Origin: Elusimicrobiota bacterium | Lineage (GTDB): Bacteria > Elusimicrobiota > UBA8919 | DNA length: 28,898 nt | Assembly (NCBI GenBank): GCA_043816185.1 | Contig: JBDRIG010000101.1 | Coordinates: 1 to 28,898, forward strand | Reading direction: 5' to 3' | In this document: piece after piece, positions 21,701-28,898 of the stretch | How the letters are laid out: each line of letters opens with the position of its first letter | Position numbering within the stretch: position 1 is the stretch's first letter | The notes under the pieces: model-generated | The model's input: only the letters and a program-made list of their open reading frames with translations | What the model was told of the DNA's origin: nothing | The model's database searches: none | Translations under genes and position numbers: made by a program

Positions 21701-24700
21701 ACGAAACGCCCACGACAAACTTATTTTTGTGGGAGAACACAATTTCCGTGGTCAAGAAGTAAGAGCACAAGAATTGCATTATTTTAATAAATTAATATTT
21801 GACAGTCTTCCTCAAGACGAGAAAGAACTCTACGCCGCCTGTTTTGGTATGTCAGCCGAAGGAATGGGGCAGTTGGAAAATGGTAGCGGGTTTTCTCCAA
21901 AAATTGTTACAAAGGACTACAAGGGAAAATTTTTGAGAGCAGAAACACATTATAATACCGACGAAAAAAGTTTGGTAATGATGAAAATAGGATACGATCA
22001 ATATGAAAGACGAATAAATGTTCAAAAACCGTATCTTGAAGTAAAGGATGATAAGGTTGTTCCAGTCACCCGTGCTTATAGAGAAAGTTTCTACACAGCA
22101 GAACAACCTACATATAACAAATACAACAGTATGATTCCTTCTGAAATATTAAAAAATGTATGTCATGAGAGTGCAGATAAAAAGATAGGATTCACTAAAG
22201 AAGTGGCTAAATGTAATTCTCATGGTTCACCAGTGAACGAATATAAAATTGGTAATGATGGCAGAGAAGTTATATTTGCCAAAACTACTTATTTAGGTAT
22301 AAACAAAGAAAAAAGAATAGAATATGAAAATAGTAGAAATATTAAAACTTCTGATGACGGAAAGAAAAGTGTCTCGTATGATAATGATCCACTGGTACCA
22401 AATGTAATTTTGTCACGGGTATCAAATGTAATTTTGTATGATGCGCAAGAAAAAGACGATTCTTTCACAAAATTTGTATATGGTATAGCTGACGAAAATG
22501 GCAAGATTGTGATAGTGGATGGGTTAGGAACATCGGTAATGGATGAGGATGGGGGTGGAAAGTGGAAAGGACACACTGTTGTTAAGATTGGCGAACAAAA
22601 AGGAAAAAATTATTACAACAACGATGGTTCGTTAGCGTTTGTAATGATTGACTGTTTAGTTGACAAGACGAAAAAAGATATTATTTATTATGACAAAAAT
22701 AGACAAGTAACACATATTGTGAGAACACAAGTAGAAAAACAAGATATAGATAAATTGCCTACTCGTATTGGAACAGGAGATATACTTGTTGAAAACACAA
22801 ATGTTGATGGATTCAGGGTAGGACAAAAAGAGTATAATTTTGAAGATCTTAGGCTCCTTGGTTCCTACAACGAAGGTTGGTTTAGCCCATATGGTGATTT
22901 AATAGAGCTTAGGTTTAACAAAAACACCTTGAATGAAAAATCCGAAATACCACTTATTTTACAGAGATACATACAACATCATGATGGAACAAGCGAAATC
23001 TGGACGTACAATAAAAATGTGTTAGAAGAAATAACATACATTGACGAATTTGGTTGTATGAAAGGAAAAAAATATGTAAAAGAAGGAAGGAGTGAAGATG
23101 TTATTACTGCATATGGTTCGTATCCAGTGGCAACAGTATCTCGCAATGGAGAAATTTTAGAAGAAACAACTTTCAAAGCAATAGTAAGAAATAATAAAGT
23201 TCTCACAGAACCAGATACTGTAAAAAAAAGTGGCATCGTAAGAGGGGCTATTGCAGGAGCTGTTTATGGAGCAATTGTCGGTGCTGTAGGATGGTTTGTC
23301 ACTTGGTTGTTTAATATAAATCGTCTGCAAAAAGGAACAAAAACTTCTGCACTCTTTTCTCGCGGATTCTTTTCTACTTGCTTATCAGTTGCGGTAGGGG
23401 GTGGTTTAGTTTTTGCGGCTGGCTATTTAATACCTGCCAATATTTTCTGGTTACCAACTGGCAAATTGTGTGGTATATGTACTGCCGTAATAATATATTT
23501 ATTAGGTTCATTTGGAATCAAGCATTTTTTGCCAATTATGCCCGAAAAAATGAGAAGACACAATTATCTTCTCCATTGGGCATTACTTGCAGGTGCTGTG
23601 TTGGCATTCTTTGCCGTGCCTGGTTTATTACAAGATAGTATATCTAATGCCCCGTTATCGTTTATTGGTGACTTTTTCAAATATACTAGTGAATCTTTTT
23701 TTGATTTTGTACAACCGCTCATCGATTCCTTGTCCCAATTACAAACCAATGCTTCTCATCCTGTCGTTGGTAATAAAAGTACTTTTCCTTTATTTGCTGG
23801 ATTTACTATTTTCGTAGGAAAAACATTCCAACAAAAAAATAGACCATCAACGATATTGTCAAAAATCCCAGAAACTACAAAAGAGATTGACAATAACAAA
23901 TATATAATTCCAAAACTAAAAGAACATATTTTTTTGGGAACCAGCAAAAAAGCGTTTCCATTATTTCCTGTAATCTTAAAAAATTTATTAGGATTTTTGA
24001 AAATTCAGAGCTATATAACGCCACAGACTGACAAACTTGCGGCCTGTCTATACTTGCAACGTGAAACCAAAAAAATTACAAAAGAGCGAGAAAAAGCCAA
24101 CGAGGTAATATCTGAATTAGAAAAACAAATAATAGAATTAAACAACGAAACTGAAATATTAAAAAAGAATGTTGTGAATGATAAAGGCGAGACAGATGCC
24201 ACAAAATTAAACGATGCAGAGACAAAACTAAAAAAAATTGACAAGAAGCGTAAGGAAGCAAGAAAAGAGAAACTTAAAATACAAGATGAAGAAATCGTGG
24301 CTACGACAAAAAAGTTAGATGAATTGAAGGAAAAAAACAATTTGGAAGAGATTTTGGCCAATGTGCAGAAAAATTTAAAATACACGGAGAAAAAAATACG
24401 GAAATTGAAGGCTAAAGAAATGAAAATAAAAAAAAGTGACAAATATAAAGATCAAAACAGTGAAGTTAATAAAAACAGTAAATTTAATAAAAAAAAAGCA
24501 GAGGTGAAAGCGGTAAATGATAAGATAAAAGCCAGAGAAGAGAGTGGTGTCAAAATAAAAAAAGTAATAGAAAGGATTATTACGGATGAAAAATTTAATT
24601 TTATTACTTCAAAAAAGCGCGAATTAAACGGAAGATTAAAAATATTGCTAAGTAAAAATGTAAAAACTGACGCGAAAGAAACACTTAAAGGGCTTTTAGA

Positions 24701-27700
24701 AGAAGAAGATAAAAAATTAAAAAAACAAGAGTTAGAAATGGCTAAAAAGTTTACAAATAAGATGATACAAGAAATGGATAAAGAAATAGCAAAATCAGTT
24801 GCTGATATTGATAAAGAAACAGATGAGGCAAAGAAACTGAAAATGATAAAAATTCTGGTAGCGAAAGAGCAAGAAAATCAAAAAATAAAATCTGCAATAA
24901 AGAATATGGTGGAAGAAATAACAATTGAAAAGTTGGTTAAATTGAGAAAAGCTTTAATAGACGATAAAGAGTATAAAAATTTAGAAAAACAGCAGGCGAA
25001 ACTTAGAAAAGAACAAAAAACTCTTAAAGATGGAGGAATAAATTATAAGTCAGAAATGATAATAAAGAACAGAGAACTTTATGAGAGAGATTTAGAATAT
25101 TTCAAATCGAAGAATAGTAAGGCCAAATTGGAAGAATATATTGAATCTCTTAAAGAAGAACTAAAAAAAGACACAGGATATAATGAGTTTAAAAAACGGA
25201 TTCGGCTGGCAGATATTGAATTTAAATCATTAGAAAACATCGATGACAAACAAAAATTAGTTGATGTTATGAATCTTAAAATCGAAGAGATTGATCGTTT
25301 ACAACAAAAAATTCCAAAAGTTGGTGTTTTTGATTCATTAGGAGAAGATTTAGAGAGAATATATGGAGAATGTTTTAAGCATATAGCAATCTTATCAAGT
25401 GGCGAGACAGTACAAAAGCAAATTGCTGAATTATTTGACCCTACTGCAAGGTTGGCAACCGAAGAAGAAGAAGTGAAAAAAGAAGAAGAGAGTTTAATTA
25501 AAAAAATTGTACAAAATTTGTCATTATTTGAGAAACATTTGCGAAATACTCCTGAATATTTTGACATAAAAAAAGCAGATGAATTAATAAAACTTATATC
25601 AGGAATCGAAACAATTTTCCAGAAGTCTGAGTTGGAAAAATCAGACATTGAATCTGCTAAAGAATTGTTACAGAAAAACAACGATTTTGTTGGTGGTGTT
25701 TTTGTGCACGTGTCGCAAGTTGTGAAAGAATTTATAAAAACCGAGTATGTTAAAATCAACACTGAGTGCAATAAAATTGATAAATCAGAAATAGAAGTTT
25801 TACTTAAAATTTTAGCAAACTTTTTAGGGGAGGTGGGGTTGCGGCCCGATAATATTGATTCTGCTGAACAATCATTAAAAGGATTTACAAAAATCCTTGA
25901 AAACTTAAATGGAAAAGTTGACGAGTTTAAGTCAGTGAGCGAAGGGTTGGAAGGTTATAAGAAGATACTGGAAAAAGAGATAGAAAGTGCTTCTAAACGC
26001 AGTGTCGCCGAAGTGAGAGAAAAGTTGCAATTCGTTATGAACGATTTTGAAGAATGGGCTGATGGTGGAATACTTCTTCCCGAAGGGCTTATTCCTTCTA
26101 CCAAAACACGATTATTTAGAATACTTCAGTTTGTGTTTCAAGCGGTATTTATATGTGTAATTCTTACTATAAATGGAACTCATTGGTTTGTATCTCCGGT
26201 GTTGTTATTTATTGGTTTCTATATATTGAATGCAGTGATAGAAAAATGGATAATTTCTTTGATGGATAGTGGTTCTAAGGGTTTAGGATCTGCTCCAGTC
26301 GGTCATCCCAGAATTTCTATTGGAGAATTAAAATATAAAGTTGAGCAACACTATCGAAAAACAGAACAACCTTATACAGTCTCCTTGATGAAGGCAAAAT
26401 TTTCTGGCAACAAAAAAGATGTAGATGGTTTAACTAAGTTTTTATATGATGATATAGAAAAAATGAAGCCAACATTAGATTTATTAGGTGATCATTTTAA
26501 GTTGGTTTTTGTTATTCCTGGCAACACAATAGGTAGTCCGAATGATAGTTCAAAATTTGTCGATAGTCTTCTTGATTTAGAACAAAAGAAAGTGCTTGAA
26601 ATGAAGAATGAAATTGAAAGAATTTCCAATAGTAGAGCATCGCTTGTATACCTACACTATAATATGAACAACGACAGTACTGTTTTGTCGAGTATGAAAA
26701 AACCGTTTCAACAAATGATGGCAGCGGACTTTATTGTTAGTGGTGATAGTAAACCAAGAAAATATATAAATAAAAAGTTGCTTGGTGCTTCACAAAATCC
26801 TGATTTGCCAATTTTTGATATAGTAGGAGGCGATGTTTTGTCAATGTTTGGTGGTAAAGTAAAAATTGGAAATAAGGAAATTAAAGACAATGAAGAATTA
26901 ATTGAAGCAATTAAAAAAGGAGAGAAAGTAACAACTTTTGATACACTTGTACCAGAGTTTTGTTTGATACAGGATGATAAAAATATATGGGAACATGGTA
27001 GCATCGAATCAGCGTTGCGAGTAATGATGCATCCAGAAAACAAGCACATAATTATGGGAACACCGTTTATTGAGGTCGATTATCCTACGGATGAATATGG
27101 TGAACCAATGACCTCGTCGTGGCTATCTACCATGAAATATAAACGTTCGTTTCACAACGAGTCAACTGAAGCATCGAGAGCGTGGATATATAATAGGTCA
27201 GGATCGGTTTACGGGAAATCAATTGTGCGACTTCGTCCATATGTTAGAAAGATTGCCAACGAATTACTACTTCCAAAATATTGTCTTTCACATGACTGGC
27301 AAGAAGGGATTTTTTCTTGGGCAGAATTGTTGGGTGGTTCTGTAAATTATAAAATTATAAAGAGGGTGAATGATAAAGACGGGAATAAGGTTGTTGTTAT
27401 AGAAGTAGGAAACGAAATTGAAATCTATAAGTTTAAAAAAGTAAAAGAAGATGAAAAGAACGTTATTAAAATGTCTAGGGTAGTTGCTGATGTAAAGGAT
27501 GGATCGCCATATTCCAAAGAAGTAGAGTTGAGAACTTTTAAGGAATTTTTAGAATTTGAGTATGAAGATTCTAGTGGAGAAAAACATAAAAATGAGTATA
27601 TGGATTTTGATACTACAGTGAATCTTATATCCGACCGTTTCATCCATGATGCTGTTCGTATGACCGAAAGAGATATGTTGTCTTTTATGGCGGTGTTTTT

Positions 27701-28898
27701 AAGAGATGTTCGTTGGCTACCTGGTGATATGCAAATGATAAAAACAGGACAACCATATCTTGATATGCTTCCTCCAAGAGCGGCATTGCATTATGATGGA
27801 CTAGAAAGACGGTTTCTTGCAGATTCAAGTTTTCTTTTATGGATTGTTATTGGAGGTATAGTATTTTACGGTCCAGCCAGTATATCATCCATAAGAACCT
27901 TAGGAAAAGCACTTGATCCTAATTTAGCAATTGCCTCAACGATATTAGCATTGTTTTTAATTATCGGTGTAGACAATCTTGTTGCACCATTCTCTTATTT
28001 TCTTAAAGAGAAAAAGCGTCTCAATGAAGATCTGAGTTTGTCAACGATAAAAGGACTAAAAAATTGGGGGGCTTTAATCTTTAATTCATTATGCTTTATG
28101 CTTGCAGCAACAGTTACCACAACAATTGTTTCGTTACCAAATTTAATTATAGGTGTGCGTGGAGCGTTAAGAGTTATTTGGAAAGATAGAGCAAATCAAA
28201 CACCAGACTGGGGCGAACTAACCAATTCGATTGTTGCCATCAAAGAACGAGCAGGATTCCACTTTAATGAATATATGGAGCATTTTGGTATTGCATTGAA
28301 AGTTGGATCATGGACACTGGGAATAGGGATTATTTTATCAGTCCTTGGCTACGCAAACTTTTCAATGTTTTCTTCACCTGGTGGATGGTTTGTTTATTTA
28401 CTCGTGTTTATAGTGGGACCAACGCTTGGTATGAAATTGACAGGGATAAGTACAAAAGATATCCAAAAACATATGTCTCCTTGGCATTTAGTTTTATTTT
28501 CTATAATTTTAGGTGCTTTAATATGGTCATTCTTCACTTTTTACGGATGGACTTTAATTTTTTCTAATTCAGAAATATTGCCATTAGTCTTTATTGCACT
28601 GGTGGCAGAAGTGTGTGCGTTCCTTGGTATTGAGCGACTAAAGAATGTGAAACTAATGGAAAAATTAAAGAATATAAAACTGTTGAAATGGTTGTTGTCG
28701 AAAACAACCACAACTCGCTCTGATATAACGGCGAAGAAGTCATATTCCTTAATAGGCAACGCAGCTGCTGCGGCAATAAGTGGGTTGGTAGCATTATTAG
28801 GATTGAGTTTAATCCCTGGATTAGGGTTGGTTGTAGGTGTACCATTTGCTTTGATAGGTGGATTTTATGCTGTAATATTGACGACACAGTTGTTAATA
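3..28898 (+). CDS. Giant multidomain membrane protein, partial at both ends (>=9,632 aa)
   Basis: Frame 3 reads YYLALSIVAKEYTPNLKNKYPELDSFFEY... at the start and ...GGFYAVILTTQLLI at the end. I met no stop in hand translation. The ORF track lists no frame-3 + ORF, whereas any in-frame stop would have closed a long one. 30 of 42 minus-strand ORFs, spread from 1163 to 28541, share one register (start = 2 mod 3), as expected for shadows of one unbroken frame. Recognisable motifs occur in this frame throughout. Confidence 0.96.
444..478 (+). repeat. Imperfect 7-bp tandem repeat
   Basis: ggagttc agagttc agagtcc ggagttc agggtag. Confidence 0.75.
1047..1176 (+). other. Transmembrane hairpin
   Basis: IGVSAFIISVFGGIATLVLSSPLGWFVGGIFAALQIAQIYFI. 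Confidence 0.75.
1260..1500 (+). other. Small zincin-like (HEXXH) metallopeptidase domain
   Basis: Strand EIHINS, helix LPEWLQRVYWK, HENRH (1356-1370), and a downstream EE (1458-1463) as candidate third ligand. Confidence 0.55.
1527..1601 (+). repeat. 15-bp in-frame tandem repeat
   Basis: LVAEK LVAEK SVVEK RAAEK SIVKE; ttggttgctgaaaa occurs twice exactly. Confidence 0.8.
2310..3215 (+). other. Degenerate RelA/SpoT homologue N-terminal region (HD-like domain plus (p)ppGpp synthetase-like domain)
   Basis: RSH motifs in colinear order: VAETL..GGD..IDAALLHK (canonical AALLHD), VVAERL (KLADRL), IYGPIAEML (IYAPLAHRL), RLKEPSSIITK (RxKxxxSxxxK), INDLVSVTI (IxDxxxxR), FTQFH (YxSLH), EVRLMT (ExQIRT), GNYAHWKYK (GxAAHWxYK). 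Confidence 0.9.
3540..4110 (+). other. Two ACT-like domains
   Basis: SIEISIKNDIPGYLLKILNVI...AEIRITI (DxPG ACT signature). Then IKIEVIADKLDNVRNILEGIA...ININHIEV...ISFTFDL...LEEIAVISEVK, which resembles the RSH C-terminal ACT/RRM with an insertion. Confidence 0.6.
4790..6230 (+). other. Metallo-beta-lactamase-fold hydrolase (RNase Z / cyclic-nucleotide phosphodiesterase-like) with N-terminal extension
   Basis: Full motif series: IAVDP, NTHTHPDHFEG (HxHxDH at 5598-5615), VVHSIPT, IHAPD, LVHQD, RLIHY. The upstream LQIGA...Q...AFLGP...IVPP segment resembles the extension of cNMP-associated MBL proteins (by-eye resemblance). Confidence 0.88.
6615..7020 (+). other. GHKL / HATPase_c ATP-binding domain
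   Basis: N-box ALENVVQH (6639-6662), G1 ISVIDNGKGF (6732-6761), G2 GKGLGL (6837-6854), terminal KGTEIVGYF. Confidence 0.88.
7299..7469 (+). other. LysM peptidoglycan-binding domain
   Basis: IVEKGDSLWSIAKERL...VQNIISRNPQIAKNPNSINIGAELDL. It lies between a signal-like hydrophobic segment (7182-7262) and a TM (7725-7779) followed by KAYKKYKQRR, so it is likely extracytoplasmic. Confidence 0.9.
7485..7595 (+). repeat. 42-bp in-frame tandem repeat after LysM
   Basis: AARQVVEVGQDVSG AAQRAVEVGQQIPG VGQQAVETV; tgttgaagtggggcaa occurs twice. Confidence 0.8.
7725..9480 (+). other. Multi-pass inner-membrane block
   Basis: Hydrophobic helices IWYVVGTFVTIVVAFFGW, IIIGAIIGISIAVLLYFTL, ILGFSFIGSPLGIALFVSIFSVLYFI, YVVMAIFLITITLFFL and FFTIISLGGCLSLGFL, separated by charged loops. 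Confidence 0.75.
9564..9608 (+). repeat. 15-bp tandem repeat x3
   Basis: cagggaaaagaaaaa cagggagaagaaaaa cagggaaaagaaaaa (QGKEK QGEEK QGKEK). Confidence 0.9.
10255..11390 (+). other. Lys/Glu-rich helical coiled-coil region followed by a Pro/Thr/Glu/Lys linker
   Basis: Heptad-like charged helices to about 11160, then VSPQASQLTPSGTKKIVPSTILSPETKEVAPPVLPPVLPEIKEVVP...QPEKPK. Confidence 0.7.
11391..12566 (+). other. Putative outer-membrane beta-barrel, internal to the ORF
   Basis: About 390 aa of short amphipathic strands with alternating hydrophobic residues and tight turns (YTVKIDA, IKLTINYD, VSLTPHIELQY, IKLDLNYY, GVGGTVALTHKL, VSVGVF, GAGAEYNRGNWSWEVIY). It ends in KVKAAFNFSYGF, a typical terminal Y-x-F beta-signal strand. 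Confidence 0.62.
13420..17780 (+). other. Long degenerate alpha-helical repeat (solenoid-like) region
   Basis: Recurrent motif (L/I/V)DLxxPxxxxxLxY(W/Y): LVLTNPYGNDTNLLLSW, LDLTNPFGNDSILLAF, LDLSKDSDKYVLLYY, LDINNPQDRVKLMYW, VDLTDPENAYFDL, LDLTTPEGKGVLSYW, LDPTNKNDSGILSYW, ILTDDKDRSELEYY. Confidence 0.65.
16347..16680 (+). repeat. 64-aa (192-bp) tandem duplication with an identical 31-nt core
   Basis: caaacattagatattggtgtgggtaaagcag at 16446-16476 and 16638-16668; the protein pattern LSYW....TGK..W/Y.DE....QTLDIGVGKA occurs twice. Confidence 0.9.
17790..23210 (+). other. YD/RHS-like beta-hairpin repeat region (~1,800 aa)
   Basis: Y/T/E/K/G-rich strand-turn-strand sequence with YD-type units: TQYDSLGREV, FYDNVGRV, FYDPQTGKL, YNDATGEQ, LFDRDGKT, GYDQYERR, YYNNDGSL, YYDKNRQV. 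Confidence 0.7.
19700..20490 (+). repeat. Three ~98-aa protein-level beta repeats
   Basis: LTSEDGQHFVGEN (19710), LESNDFGMIWEGHNP (20007), LSSENSGLTWSGKNP (20301); YYGGALVEGYTEILGDRVSEWKR versus YTGGGNVEGYREINGTRTFEWQK. Confidence 0.75.
23232..23820 (+). other. Multi-pass membrane block beginning with a glycine-zipper helix
   Basis: GAIAGAVYGAIVGAVGWFVTWLF, then LSVAVGGGLVFAAGYLI, LCGICTAVIIFLLGSFGI, LLHWALLAGAVLAFFAVPGLL and FPLFAGFTIFVG. Confidence 0.8.
24060..25310 (+). other. Long Lys/Glu-rich coiled coil (~415 aa)
   Basis: Pro-free, highly charged helical sequence (RETKKITKEREKANEVISELEKQIIELNNETEILKK...). Further helical sequence continues to about 26050. Confidence 0.8.
26100..28898 (+). 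other. Membrane-embedded processive glycosyltransferase of the OpgH(MdoH)/Cgs(NdvB) beta-1,2-glucan synthase type, with flanking TM helices
   Basis: TM pair at 26110-26250; FCLIQDDKN (DxD position, 26973); MMHPEN...MGTPFI (Cgs HPLN...LQPRV); VYGKSIVR (Cgs GKGIY); CLSHDWQEG (27282-27308; OpgH LSHDFVEA, Cgs LSHDLxEG); RDVRWLPGDMQ (27702-27734; OpgH RDRRWxxGNLQ, Cgs RxHRWxRGDWQ). Many TMs follow from 27830 to the window end. Confidence 0.8.

Noticed and set aside
23030..23060. ITYIDEFGC as an RHS core autoproteolysis motif
   Set aside because: It lacks the prolines of PxxxxDPxG, and no toxin-like tip follows.
14706..24497. Poly-A runs of 8-9 nt as phase-variation tracts
   Set aside because: Such runs are expected in A-rich Lys codon stretches, and none is exceptionally long.
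23378..28567. Short + strand ORFs 23378-23638, 23587-23817 and 28310-28567
   Set aside because: They are off-frame by-products of the TM-coding regions of the frame-3 ORF, which carries coherent TM helices there.
1163..28887. The 42 minus-strand ORFs in the track (60-230 aa)
   Set aside because: They are Ser/Phe/Ile/Leu-rich antisense shadows of Glu/Lys-rich sense codons. 30 share one register, none shows a recognisable motif, and all overlap the giant ORF.
3..28898. Non-coding DNA, pseudogene field or alternative genetic code as the reason no long ORFs were listed
   Set aside because: Frame 3 is open under the standard code, so no stop reassignment is needed.

Overview
The whole window is the interior of one giant + strand ORF in frame 3 (codons start at positions 3, 6, 9...). 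It has no stop codon from 3 to 28898, so it encodes at least 9,632 aa and is open at both ends. The supplied ORF track misses it because it never closes; most listed minus-strand ORFs are its antisense shadows. Hand translation gives this order: tail of a ChaN/EreA/TraB(Tiki)-like domain; TM pair; HEXXH mini-zincin; TM pair; degenerate RelA/SpoT (HD plus synthetase) with two ACT-like domains; HExxE zincin-like segment; metallo-beta-lactamase-fold hydrolase with intact HxHxDH; GHKL/HATPase; signal-peptide-like TM; LysM; multi-TM block; coiled coil and Pro-rich linker; internal outer-membrane-type beta-barrel ending in a beta-signal (FNFSYGF); coiled coil; about 1,450 aa of helical repeats; about 1,800 aa of YD/RHS-like beta repeats; TM block; long coiled coil; OpgH/Cgs(NdvB)-like beta-1,2-glucan synthase-type glycosyltransferase with further TMs. 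The style resembles giant proteins of Elusimicrobiota/Omnitrophota (inference). Main hypothesis: a single-gene, envelope-spanning glucan synthesis/export machine fused to cytoplasmic nucleotide-signalling modules, possibly processed as a polyprotein. Domain calls come from by-eye motif recognition, not HMM searches, and boundaries are approximate. No RNA genes, CRISPR arrays or mobile elements were seen.
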